In this document: in pieces, positions 9,636 to 19,600 of the stretch | How the letters are laid out: every line of letters begins with the position of its first letter | How positions within the stretch are numbered: the first letter of the stretch is position 1 | Assembly (NCBI GenBank): GCA_045533055.1 | Contig: JAZSHD010000236.1 | Coordinates: forward strand, 4,160-68,159 | Direction: 5' to 3' | Length of the DNA stretch: 64,000 nucleotides | From: Victivallaceae bacterium | GTDB lineage: Bacteria; Verrucomicrobiota; Lentisphaeria; Victivallales; Victivallaceae | Program-made: the position numbers and the translations under genes | Notes under the pieces: generated by a model | The model's input: the letters and a program-made list of their open reading frames with translations, nothing else | Told to the model about the DNA's origin: nothing | Databases searched by the model: none

Positions 9636-12600
9636 ATGAAGTTTTTTTCGATCGTCGGCAAGGCTCTTTGTGCCTTTTTTCTGCTGTTTGCAGCATGCGG
9701 CACAATAATTGCAGAAGCAGTGCAAGCACCTTGGATGCAGAAAATTCCGGTTATCGACGGCAAATTCGATGCCGCCGAGTGGCAGGATGCACTGGTTTGG
9801 AAACGCAGTATTTCCGGCAAAAACAAACTCCTTGCCTTGCGTAACACATTGTTTTACTTCGGCTGCGACGGCAAAAATCTCTACCTTGCCCAGCAAAGCG
9901 AGCTTAAACCATCTCATATTCAAGCTGAAGAAAAACGCTGCTGGGAGATAACCTTGCTGCCCCCCGGCGGCAAACAGGTTTCTTTTGCCATTGAGCCGGG
10001 CAAATCCGGCAAACTCCCTGCCGGAGCGGTGGTCAAATACGGTACAGCCAAAGGCTTCTGGCATGTGGAACTTGCCATACCCTTGAGCAGCTTCAGCGGC
10101 AAAGATCTTGCCGACGGCGTCTGGGGCGTGCAGATGTTCCGCAAGTGGAACATCCCCGGCGAAAAAGCCATGTGGCATTTGCCCACAGCTAAAGAGCCTT
10201 TGGCACAAATCAGGATCGTCCCCAAGGGCGTACTCTGCAATCTTGTTGACATGATCAATCATACCAAACTTGCCAGCTGGCGGCTGACCTGGCAAATCAA
10301 AAATACCCTCGATAAACCCGTAACGCTTCGCTGGACTGCCGATGTAAAATCACTGGAAGCTCCCGTCAACCGGGCAAAAAACATAACGCTGGCTCCGGGA
10401 GCAAGCGAAGAGGTGGTTATGCAGAGTATTTTTATGCCGGGTACTTACCGGACTTTTACAGCAGAAGTAAAAAATGCTGCTGACAACACGGTTTACTGGC
10501 AGCGTAAATTTTCGTGGGATTTTGCCCAAGCTAAAAAGTGGTTCGATCCCGATCCCCCCCTGCAGCTGCATTACGCAGTCCACCCCACGGCACAAACTTT
10601 GCGTGTGCGGGTCTTCTGCCGCAACGCCAAAAAATTTGCCAATGTAGCCAAAGCCGAAGTGCTGGTAACTCATGAATCCGGCAAAGTCGTTGCCCGCAAA
10701 GCGTTGACCAAGCGTGCCAACAAGGATTGGTTCAGCTATTGGAACGAGCCGGAAATGAAAAACTGGCCGCTGGGTAAATACACTCTGACCGTAAAAGCTA
10801 CCGGCAAAGACGGTAAAAACCAGGAACTCAAAGGTTCTTTCGGCAGACACAAGTTTGAGTGGGAAAATAACAAACTCGGAAAATCCGAACAATACATACC
10901 TCCCTTCAAGCCGCTCAAGGTCAAAAATAATGAGATCCACGCCCTGCTGACCGGCTACCGCCGCAGCGGAGTTTTCTGGGATGCTGTGTATGCTCAAGAC
11001 AAAAACATTCTGGCAGCCCCAATCGAACTTAAAATCAATGGCGAAACATTCAAATCCATCACTACAAGGCAGGTAAAAGCCCCCTTCGGCCATGTGATCT
11101 TTGAAACCGATTTTATATACAAAGACCTGAAACTTACCGCCGTGCATGATTACGACTACGACGGCATGTGCAAAGTTACACTCAAGTTCGCCCCGGTCAA
11201 GCCGGTGAAAATCGACAGCATGTACTTTGATATCGACCTCAAAAAAGAGTATGTAACGCTTTACAGTGCCATGGGGGCGCGGTTGCGCAACAACTTCCAC
11301 GGCTGGGTCCCCGAAAAAGAGGGCTTGGTCTGGGATAGTTTGCGTGGCAGAGTATTGAATCCGCTGCTCAAAGGATTCCGCCCCTACATCTGGGTCGGCG
11401 AACAATACAAAGGCTTCTGCTGGTTTGCCGAAACTCCCCATAACTGGAGCATCGACCCAAGCAAGCCCGCTCAAACCCTGACGGTGGAAAAATCCGCAGT
11501 CCGGGTGCGGATCAACCTGGTCAACAAACCTGTTACCCGGGATAAAAAGTTTGATATAGTTATGGGCTTCCAGCCCACTCCGGTCAAGCCACAGCCCAAG
11601 GTTGCTGCCATGCCAGGTCTGGTGCATCGGGTGAAGTTTGTACCCCGCTCCAAGTACAGAAATATCATAGCTTCTTACATATATATGTGTATGCGTTACG
11701 AAGACGGTATGCTTTCGGTACCGCCCAACAACGACTGGAGCTTTCTGGAATATGTTGCCGCCGACAAGTGGAAAACTCCGGCGGAAGCCCAGGCTTTTGC
11801 TCTGGATTATGTAAAACGCAATAAGCTGGATCAGAGCGAATACCGCAGTATATACGATTATTCGCCGGCATTGAGCAAAAATCTGCATTTGAGCATGCGG
11901 GCATTTTGCGAGGTCTACCGCCCCAGCAATGTACGCATCCAGTATCAGAATCCCCGTGCCGTAGCCCCAAACTCCAAAGAATTCAATATGTATAGCGATG
12001 AATGGAGCTTGTGGGAAACCCGTCCGCCGAGCCTTGAACGCATGAGCCACTTCGGCTGCGACCCTACGGACAAGCTGACTGATTTTATGCTTTACAACCT
12101 CCGCAAACTCTACAAATACGGGTTTACCGGCATTTATTACGATAATATTTTTGATACGCCATGCTACAATGTAGCCAAAGGCCCGGCCATTGAAGTAGAA
12201 CCGGGTAAAATCATGCCTTATTACCCTTTGTTTGAAATGCGTGAATTGCTCAAACGAAGTGCCCTGTTTCTGCATGAAGAAGGCAGATACCTCGGCGGAT
12301 ACCCCTTGCTGGAGTCGCATATAACCGATACAGTTATGATCCCGCTGGTGAGCTTTAATGCTGTTACGCTGGACTGGGAAATGAATTTCGGTTCCGATCC
12401 TTATCCCCGGCGTTTTTCGCAGCCGTATATCCTTACGAATACAGTAGGTACTCAAACCGGTACTCTGGGGGCAACCATTATCCAGCGTGATAAAACCATG
12501 CCCGGCGATGAGATCGAGCGTTCTGTTCTGGCGGTGCAGTTTGCCAATAACCTTATGAGCGGCAAACTCTACGCCACGCCCGGAATGTTCTATCAGAATG

Positions 12601-13331
12601 CCATCAACTATATCTTTGATTTCGGCTATGAAGCCGAAGGTACAGTCATTTATCCGGGATATCTCAAAAATAATCCGGTAAAGATCAACAACAAAGATGT
12701 TCTGGCAACCGTGGTAAAACGCAAAGATGGTGAAGTATTGCTGATGATCGGCAATGTGGGCAAAAAAGCGGTCAAGGCGACCTTTGATCTGGGCAAATTT
12801 GCTTCCGGTACTATCTATGATGCTGAAAGCAAAACCATCATCGGCAAAGGCAGTAAATTCACTTTGCCGATAGAAAAATACAGCTACCGGTTGATCCAAG
12901 TCGGCAAAGCTCCGGCAAACGCCCAAAAACTGTCAGGTGTTGCCAATTGGAACAAGGCGACCCGGGCGGTGCTGGAACACACAGCAGAAAGTTTGATCAT
13001 CAAAGATATCAAAAAAGATCACTACATCGTTAATAAGACTCTTCAGCTTGATACCAATAAAATCAGCACGATAACGATCAAATACCGTGCCCGCGGCATT
13101 GCCGGTAAAACCAACGGACAGCTTTATTTTGCCAAAGATAAGCAGAAGTTCGGTTCGCCCCGTTTTTTCCGGCTGCCCAGCTTAAAGAGTGATGATGCCT
13201 ACCGCACAATAACTATAAAAACCGCCAAAAATCCGGAGTGGAAAAAACTTGGCAAAGTTACTGCCATAAGATTGGATATGATGGATCAAGCTACTGGAGT
13301 TATTGAAATAAAAGATATAAAATTCCAGTAA
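9636..13331 (+). CDS. large secreted or lipoprotein-like hypothetical protein with CBM9-like N-terminal module
   Basis: 1231 aa. Signal/lipobox-like MKFFSIVGKALCAFFLLFAAC. The IPVIDGKFDAAEWQDA motif resembles other CBM9-like modules in this window. The central region (YGFTGIYYDNIFD) looks glycosidase-like, but no family could be assigned. Confidence 0.6.
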   Translation: MKFFSIVGKALCAFFLLFAACGTIIAEAVQAPWMQKIPVIDGKFDAAEWQDALVWKRSISGKNKLLALRNTLFYFGCDGKNLYLAQQSELKPSHIQAEEKRCWEITLLPPGGKQVSFAIEPGKSGKLPAGAVVKYGTAKGFWHVELAIPLSSFSGKDLADGVWGVQMFRKWNIPGEKAMWHLPTAKEPLAQIRIVPKGVLCNLVDMINHTKLASWRLTWQIKNTLDKPVTLRWTADVKSLEAPVNRAKNITLAPGASEEVVMQSIFMPGTYRTFTAEVKNAADNTVYWQRKFSWDFAQAKKWFDPDPPLQLHYAVHPTAQTLRVRVFCRNAKKFANVAKAEVLVTHESGKVVARKALTKRANKDWFSYWNEPEMKNWPLGKYTLTVKATGKDGKNQELKGSFGRHKFEWENNKLGKSEQYIPPFKPLKVKNNEIHALLTGYRRSGVFWDAVYAQDKNILAAPIELKINGETFKSITTRQVKAPFGHVIFETDFIYKDLKLTAVHDYDYDGMCKVTLKFAPVKPVKIDSMYFDIDLKKEYVTLYSAMGARLRNNFHGWVPEKEGLVWDSLRGRVLNPLLKGFRPYIWVGEQYKGFCWFAETPHNWSIDPSKPAQTLTVEKSAVRVRINLVNKPVTRDKKFDIVMGFQPTPVKPQPKVAAMPGLVHRVKFVPRSKYRNIIASYIYMCMRYEDGMLSVPPNNDWSFLEYVAADKWKTPAEAQAFALDYVKRNKLDQSEYRSIYDYSPALSKNLHLSMRAFCEVYRPSNVRIQYQNPRAVAPNSKEFNMYSDEWSLWETRPPSLERMSHFGCDPTDKLTDFMLYNLRKLYKYGFTGIYYDNIFDTPCYNVAKGPAIEVEPGKIMPYYPLFEMRELLKRSALFLHEEGRYLGGYPLLESHITDTVMIPLVSFNAVTLDWEMNFGSDPYPRRFSQPYILTNTVGTQTGTLGATIIQRDKTMPGDEIERSVLAVQFANNLMSGKLYATPGMFYQNAINYIFDFGYEAEGTVIYPGYLKNNPVKINNKDVLATVVKRKDGEVLLMIGNVGKKAVKATFDLGKFASGTIYDAESKTIIGKGSKFTLPIEKYSYRLIQVGKAPANAQKLSGVANWNKATRAVLEHTAESLIIKDIKKDHYIVNKTLQLDTNKISTITIKYRARGIAGKTNGQLYFAKDKQKFGSPRFFRLPSLKSDDAYRTITIKTAKNPEWKKLGKVTAIRLDMMDQATGVIEIKDIKFQ

Positions 13332-13351
13332 GTGGAGCTTAAAGTGAAGCT

Positions 13352-13406
13352 CGGGCTGTACATCAGCGGCAAATGACTTTTGCCTGAAGTACAGCCCGTA
13401 TTTTTT
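13352..13406 (+). terminator. rho-independent terminator of the 9636..13331 gene
   Basis: CGGGCTGTAC (13352-13361) pairs with GTACAGCCCG (13389-13398), and an inner GGCAAA/TTGCC stem lies within the loop. TATTTTTT follows. Confidence 0.7.
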
Positions 13407-13427
13407 ACAGCCTGTGCTGCTAATTAC

Positions 13428-13502
13428 TCAATAGCGGTTTTCCGGAATGACTTCCAGCCAGTAGTTGTTGGGGTCTATGAGCATAAACTATAGTTACCCA
13501 TT
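13428..13502 (-). pseudogene. remnant copy B of the VOC gene 3' end (…IDPNNYWLEVIPENRY*, upstream frame broken by a stop)
   Basis: The minus-strand translation ends WLEVIPENRY*, identical to the intact gene's end. The fragment ends at 13502, directly abutting the terminal CRISPR repeat at 13503. Confidence 0.7.
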
Positions 13503-14662
13503 GTTTGAGACCCCTATAAAACTGCACTACTCTCAAACATATGCACCCCACACCAGCTAATGGCAATGGGTTGAGACCCCTATAAAACTGCACTACTCTC
13601 AAACACATGTACGGATAAGAGTTACTATTATTGGGGTTGAGACCCCTATAAAACTGCACTACTCTCAAACTCTTTCTTTCCTACGCCCTCTGTGCAATAG
13701 GGTTGAGACCCCTATAAAACTGCACTACTCTCAAACTCAAGTTTAACTTGATATAACGGGGATTATGGTTGAGACCCCTATAAAACTGCACTACTCTCAA
13801 ACAAACCCCATAGCCATAACCTTGGCAGCTTGGGTTGAGACCCCTATAAAACTGCACTACTCTCAAACCTGCTCCCTTTTGTTGTTGCCTATACTTATGG
13901 TTGAGACCCCTATAAAACTGCACTACTCTCAAACCCGCGTGCTGTCATCTCTGTCCCATTGGGCGGGTTGAGACCCCTATAAAACTGCACTACTCTCAAA
14001 CTTGCTCTAATTATAATTTAGCACGAAAAAAGGGTTGAGACCCCTATAAAACTGCACTACTCTCAAACCCGGCGGTGTTGTTGATGTTACTTGCTTTCGG
14101 TTGAGACCCCTATAAAACTGCACTACTCTCAAACTATGTGCCTACCTCAAAGGTGCCAATTTGGGGTTGAGACCCCTATAAAACTGCACTACTCTCAAAC
14201 GGCGACTTTTGTATATATGTGAATCCATTGGTTGAGACCCCTATAAAACTGCACTACTCTCAAACCGCTGTAATGTCGGGATGTCGACAGGCATTGGTTG
14301 AGACCCCTATAAAACTGCACTACTCTCAAACTGAGTACCCTCCAAGGAGTATACCCATTGAGGTTGAGACCCCTATAAAACTGCACTACTCTCAAACTGC
14401 ACGGCAAGATACTTACAGTTAGTCGCCGGTTGAGACCCCTATAAAACTGCACTACTCTCAAACCGCTTGGCGGCGATAGGCTTCAACCCGCCTGGTTGAG
14501 ACCCCTATAAAACTGCACTACTCTCAAACATTGTTTATAATGTGATGGTTTGAACGCACGGTTGAGACCCCTATAAAACTGCACTACTCTCAAACCCTAT
14601 ATATATAGGCGATTTCAATTTTTGAGGGTTGAGACCCCTATAAAACTGCACTACTCTCAAAC
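13503..14662 (-). CRISPR. CRISPR array, 18 x 36-nt repeats and 17 spacers (29-31 nt), type II-A-like repeat
   Basis: Repeat in transcribed (minus) sense: GTTTGAGAGTAGTGCAGTTTTATAGGGGTCTCAACC. Repeats start (plus coordinates) at 13503, 13569, 13635, 13701, 13767, 13833, 13899, 13966, 14033, 14099, 14165, 14230, 14296, 14362, 14428, 14494, 14560 and 14627. The repeat at 13503 is degenerate (GTTTGAGACC instead of GGTTGAGACC on the plus strand), which marks the leader-distal end. Confidence 0.97.
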
Positions 14663-14785
14663 CTCAAATTTACTTTTTGGGATCGAGAATTATATCAGTT
14701 TTATAAGAAATTCACACATCGTAAGATGTGTTTTGTGACCCTGGCAATAATATAACAGTATTAACAGAAATGTCAAATCTGAAAA
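14663..14785 (-). promoter_or_regulatory. CRISPR leader with near-consensus sigma70-type promoter
   Basis: On the minus strand: TTGACA (14776-14771), a 16-nt spacer, then TATATT (14754-14749). The leader ends ...AAATTTGAG immediately before the first repeat (14669-14663). The ACACATC-GTAA-GATGTGT hairpin lies within the leader. Confidence 0.6.
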
Positions 14786-15451
14786 TCAAATTTCACACAA
14801 ATCATTGTCAATGAGCAACCGTTCTTCACGAGAAAGTTTTTTATAAACTTTGTTGTCAATAAGTAAAATATTATGTTCTTTCCGGCAGCAGGTTTCTGTA
14901 AAAAGCTCTAATACAGCATCGTCCAAAAAAGAACGGAGATTTACAAATATAAAAACAGAAGCCAGCCCGTTATCATTCATCAAATCCATATATACCAACA
15001 GTTTTTCCGCCAAGTCCGGATAATCTTCTTTTAACTGAATTCCTGCTGATTTTAACAAAGATGATATCGAAAGTCGTTCCGGCTCCAGTTCTAAATCATT
15101 TTGGAAGGCAAGATCATAAATTAATTTTTCAATACTCCCGAGTATCTGCTGACTCCGCTCGTAAAACTCCTGATTCATTGCCAGTTTTTCCATTTTAGCA
15201 AGAATTTTATTCAACAGAGTTTTCTGATTGATTTCGAAAGAAAAAAGGTCTGCAATCAGGACCAAATTACCGGAAACAGGAATCGGTTTTTCATCGACAG
15301 AGAGTACAACAGGACCATCTTCCCCGCAGCTTTGGTGATGCAAATCGTCGATAAAACGAAAAAACAAACTTGGATTTTCAATCACTAGCGACGGAAAGGT
15401 TCCGTTGTTAAACTTGATAACAGACTTGATTTCAGGATAAGCCAGCTTCAT
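14786..15451 (-). CDS. csn2: type II-A CRISPR-associated protein Csn2
   Basis: 221-aa ORF immediately downstream of cas2 (4-nt ATGA overlap) and immediately upstream of the leader. Its size and position are diagnostic of subtype II-A. Sequence similarity to known Csn2 is only weak by eye. Confidence 0.75.
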   Translation of the reverse strand: MKLAYPEIKSVIKFNNGTFPSLVIENPSLFFRFIDDLHHQSCGEDGPVVLSVDEKPIPVSGNLVLIADLFSFEINQKTLLNKILAKMEKLAMNQEFYERSQQILGSIEKLIYDLAFQNDLELEPERLSISSLLKSAGIQLKEDYPDLAEKLLVYMDLMNDNGLASVFIFVNLRSFLDDAVLELFTETCCRKEHNILLIDNKVYKKLSREERLLIDNDLCEI

Positions 15452-15768
15452 AAAATCACCAATGATTGTTCGGTTGTTACCACATCGCTTTTCATATCAC
15501 CGACGATAAATGAAATCCCAGAAAATTGTTTTTCCGTAATAATCATTGCACAAACCATTCCCTGGGGCGGCTTAAAACTTTCGATTCTAGCCACAACGCT
15601 TTTTGCCATTGCTTCGTTGATAACCATACGGCAATACACAGACTCCTGCAGCATAAAAAAGCCGTTTAAGATCAAATCATTGCGAATACGCCGATAATTC
15701 CGCCGGTTTTCAGAAGTTGCTGTCGGTAAATCAAAAAACACCATCAATCTCATAAATCTGTTACTCAT
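15448..15768 (-). CDS. cas2: CRISPR-associated endoribonuclease Cas2
   Basis: 106 aa. MSNRFMRLMVFFDLPTATSENRRNYRRIRNDL...QESVYCR closely parallels S. pyogenes Cas2 ([32 protein letters not shown]...QFSVYSK). Confidence 0.93.
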   Translation of the reverse strand: MSNRFMRLMVFFDLPTATSENRRNYRRIRNDLILNGFFMLQESVYCRMVINEAMAKSVVARIESFKPPQGMVCAMIITEKQFSGISFIVGDMKSDVVTTEQSLVIL

Positions 15769-15770
15769 TT

Positions 15771-16682
15771 TTATGTTACCGGTTCAGTAAAAGTTCGTTT
15801 TTTCTGCCATGAACAAAATTTCACAGCAGATAGCTTCCCGAGAGTAATTGTCTTGAAAATACTTCGGACATAGATCATAATACAATCGTCCAAACGCCGT
15901 TGAGTTCCATCAATAAAGAATGGCTGATTGAAAATTTCCAGCATCCGATGTTTTTCTTTAGAACCGAACTGAATGAATCCACAGGAATCAACCCAACGAT
16001 CGATCAGAATGCGGAACGGCTCCATCAGGTCGCAGCTCAGATTGAAGTGATTAAATGTATTATGATGTGTGATCCCCAACTGAGTGGAATAACCGCTGGA
16101 AACGATTTCACGGTTGAATGCCGATAAGATCAATGAATAACCGTAGTTCAAAGCGGAATCAACAGCCGATCCATCACCCCGCCTGAATGAATTTCCGAAG
16201 ATTTTATTGAAATAAACCTTTGCGGCATGACCTTCCCGATTGCTCATATCTCCGTATTGCAGATTTTTTACATAATCCATCAACATTTCAGACTCGCGGT
16301 TCATCTTTTTTTCAGCTAAAAATAATGCCTGATTGCGTATTTTCTCTGCAATGATTTCTGTCCAAAGCAGTTGGCAAAAATCTGTATTCCACTGAATTTG
16401 TTCCCGTAATTTTCCGGAAGACTCTCCATGTCCGTAACATGGGATCAGTTCTGCACAGGGAGAGTGCTTTTCATCACAGAAAATGACTTTGATCTTCCGT
16501 TTTATCAATTCTGCAAGCAGACAGCCCGTCACACAGCAAGATGGATTTTCCACAATCAGGGTATTTACCTCATCAAGAAAAACTCGTACGGTATCGTCAT
16601 CACGACGGATGACAAGATACCCCATGCGGAGATCAAGCTTGCTGCGTTTCTCAATAACAACTGTCCGGAAGCTCATGATCAA
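15771..16682 (-). CDS. cas1: CRISPR-associated integrase Cas1 (type II)
   Basis: 303 aa. NREGHAAKVYFNKIFG, ALNYGYSLILSAFNREIV and GITHHNTFNHFNLSCDLMEPFR match conserved type II Cas1 blocks. Confidence 0.95.
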   Translation of the reverse strand: MIMSFRTVVIEKRSKLDLRMGYLVIRRDDDTVRVFLDEVNTLIVENPSCCVTGCLLAELIKRKIKVIFCDEKHSPCAELIPCYGHGESSGKLREQIQWNTDFCQLLWTEIIAEKIRNQALFLAEKKMNRESEMLMDYVKNLQYGDMSNREGHAAKVYFNKIFGNSFRRGDGSAVDSALNYGYSLILSAFNREIVSSGYSTQLGITHHNTFNHFNLSCDLMEPFRILIDRWVDSCGFIQFGSKEKHRMLEIFNQPFFIDGTQRRLDDCIMIYVRSIFKTITLGKLSAVKFCSWQKKRTFTEPVT

Positions 16683-16684
16683 AC

Positions 16685-19600
16685 TCAGATCAAATCAAGA
16701 AGATTGACACTCTTTGTTTCATGCAAACCGCTGGCATCAGAGTAAACAATCCGAACCGTTGAAAATGTTTTTTTCCAGTTTGACAAACTACTGGGGAGTG
16801 TTGTTACCGCAGCATTCTCAACACCACCGATCGAACTCAAATCGACTCCAGAACCACTGCTTCTGCCCATACATTTGATAATTCCCAATAATATTTCAGC
16901 TTGTTTTTCCGGGGGAAGTGCAATAAACTTATCGCGTCCTTTTTCAAGATATTCCAGGGGATTTGCTGGTCGCTTGGCAAACATTCCTGTCCGCAATTTA
17001 TCCGTTAAGGCATCATAAAGTTCTACATTGCTGTCCACAGAAAATTTATCATACTCTTCGGAATACATAAATTTTGGATTTTTACGTTTTTTCTCATAGA
17101 ATGATTCCAAACGTTTGATGTACCGTTCCCAATAACTATCCAATAACAAAGGCGAAGCGATTCCTACACCAAGTTTACTTCCACCACTGCTTTTCCCGTT
17201 AAGGATGAACCGCAACCCATTATCGACCTCAAAAACAGTTTTGATCTTGATCGGTTTTATTCCCAGCGGGAACTTGACAGTAAAGTCTTTTTTCCCTGTC
17301 GGATCAATAAAGATTTTTACATACATCTCAGCAAAAGCCTTATCGTTCAAGTACTTATCTGCAATCATCAAATCAACCGGGACAAGAGTCAACTCTTTTT
17401 TAGTTTTCTTTTTTACAGTTTCTTCAGTTAAAACGAAAGAGAAAAATGCCGCTGCTGCTTTTCTGTAACCGCCATAAATTTCCGTCGGCTTCCCTTTTTT
17501 CAAAGGAATCAATCCAGATGTTGCAGGTTTGGGAGTCTGATCAAACAAACCTCCATGCTGGCAGAAAGTATAATTTGTAAAATGCATATAATTCCGTTTC
17601 AGGATATTTTTTACTTGAGCAATATTTCTGCTGCCATCCCAAATAATTTCGCTGTGCCTGTTTTTAAGGCGGCTTTTCTCTCCGAATACAACTTTTGTCT
17701 TTACACTGTATTCGTCAGAATGTTCCATAAAATAGTTGCGGGTGAAATATTCATGCCAGACATTTCCGACAACAATATTGAGATACGCATCTTTTCCATG
17801 ATGCAAATCATTGACAACACGAGATTTCACCAGATCGAATTCATGTCGAAAATCAGAAACCAGTCCGGCTTTGACGTAAACGATTTCGGTGTCCGGATAA
17901 CGCTCTTTCAGCAATTCTGTTAAGACTTTTGTTGACTGTCTGTTTTCCACCAGCTGCCGATTGATGAAGCCCCATTTTTCATCTTCAGAGAACGAAGTGG
18001 AACGAGTCAAACGGAAAAATTTTTCATCAGAGATCAAACCATTATCTTTCAAATATTTCCAGAACGGCGTCATTTTTTTGCGGATATCTGCATTCAGCGG
18101 GTAAGCATCACTCTTCGCACCATTGATTTCACTGCGAACCAGAACGAGGTTATTCAGAAGGCTGTCATCTTTCACCTTTGACTGCGGATAGATATGCTCT
18201 TTATTGCAAAGAGAAAGACCCGTGATTGATATGGATTCCCCTGTATACATATCCCGCCCAAGCTGCATGAAATACAGATAAAGAGTATCTTTTTGCAATG
18301 CAGCTTCGTCATAGCTGTCAAGTTCCTTACTGAGTCTTCTGATATCATCATCGGCTATACTTTCATAAAGTTTTTTCAGACTGACAATGCGTGAAAGTTT
18401 CCTTTTCCCTTTTTCCTTGCTGTCAACATCGCGAGCCATTTCCACAAAAATTTTCCGCGGAGCTTTTCCCATAGTCTTTACAATCTCATCAAGGATGGTA
18501 AAGGTACGGATGATCGGGCGTTTGACAGCGTTGGAAACATACATTTCATCAAGTCGATTCGTAAGCGACTGCGGTCTTTCGGAATAATATTCCCGTCTGG
18601 CAGCATCCACCATCTTCCGGAATGGATATTTATCACTCATCAACTGCTGTAGATTGAGATTGTATTCCCACATCATGTTGATGATGGAAAGTTTTCCTCC
18701 GGTTTTAACATCAAAATGCCCCGGTTCCGTCAGAAACTTTCTGGAAAGTCTTCCAAAACCCTGAAATTTTTTGAACGAGAGTTTTTTGACATCATCGTCT
18801 GATAGTTTTTGGAATTTTTTCAAATAATTGCGGTACCGGAGATTATCTTCCGTAAAAGATCTTTGGTGAATGATCTCTTCAGCTTCTGACTCTGTAAGTT
18901 TTTTCTCTTCAAAAAAAGGGTTAAAAATCTTCCAGCTGCTCAAAGAAGCCGTAATCGTATCATCAATTCCAGTTATACAGCTTTCATCCAATTCATTATA
19001 AAGATTGTTGGATTTCAAACAATTGAGTATTGTCTTTTTCGTAATCTTACTGTATTTGAAGAACAAATCATACAGCAACTGCTTGCATTTTGTTGTTACT
19101 GGAGCACCATTAATATGAATTGCGTTCAATAGATTTAACACCTCAAAACGCTGATACAGCAGAGAATGTTTCGGTAAAACTTCTTCATTGGGTAAATAGG
19201 TGCACTTATTGCACATTCGTTTGATGAAAGCTTCTTCGCTGGCTTCAAGATCAACTTTCTTTTCAAAATTCCACGGCAGAATCTTTCCCTCAGTTTTTCG
19301 TTTCAGCCAGGCAAAATTGCTGTGAGAGTTCAGAGGCCCGACAAAATACGGTATCTTGAATTCCATAATAGAAAGGATTTTATTTTTAACGGATAAACCA
19401 TCTTTATCGCATTCCAAAAGGAACGGTAAATATCCGGAAGCTTTGCTTAGCAGATTATTCAATTCATTCCAATACAACTGATAAGGAACCGTTCTGTTAT
19501 TAGTGACAACCTGTTTCGGCAGGAATTTATTTGACAAAATATCCAGCCCAATCTGATCAAAAAGACTTTGATCTGCGGAATCTTCAATCACCATATTTTT

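Noticed and set aside
10350-12926. Very long antisense ORFs opposite real genes. Examples are 10350..12926(-), 26515..27492(+), 27723..29744(+), 29775..31265(+), 37394..38353(+), 42341..43030(-), 44765..45727(-), 45982..46755(-), 48271..49179(-), 50804..51853(-), 51872..52930(-), 58425..59588(+) and 60434..61645(-).
   Set aside because: Their translations are low-complexity and lack recognisable motifs. The opposite-strand ORFs carry clear family signatures, signal peptides, RBSs and operon structure. Long shadow ORFs of this kind are expected from the codon bias.
13420-14461. ORFs 13420..13668(-), 13681..13932(-), 13765..13971(+), 14195..14461(-) and 14219..14422(+), which have repetitive translations (LRVVQFYRGLN / VETPIKLHYSQT).
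   Set aside because: These are artefacts of translating the 36-nt CRISPR repeats. The periodic peptide repeat matches the 66-nt repeat-spacer unit.
13539-14626. Possible self-targeting spacers matching elsewhere in this window.
   Set aside because: I noticed no match of any of the 17 spacers to other parts of the window, but this was not an exhaustive comparison. It needs a computational search, so no claim is made.
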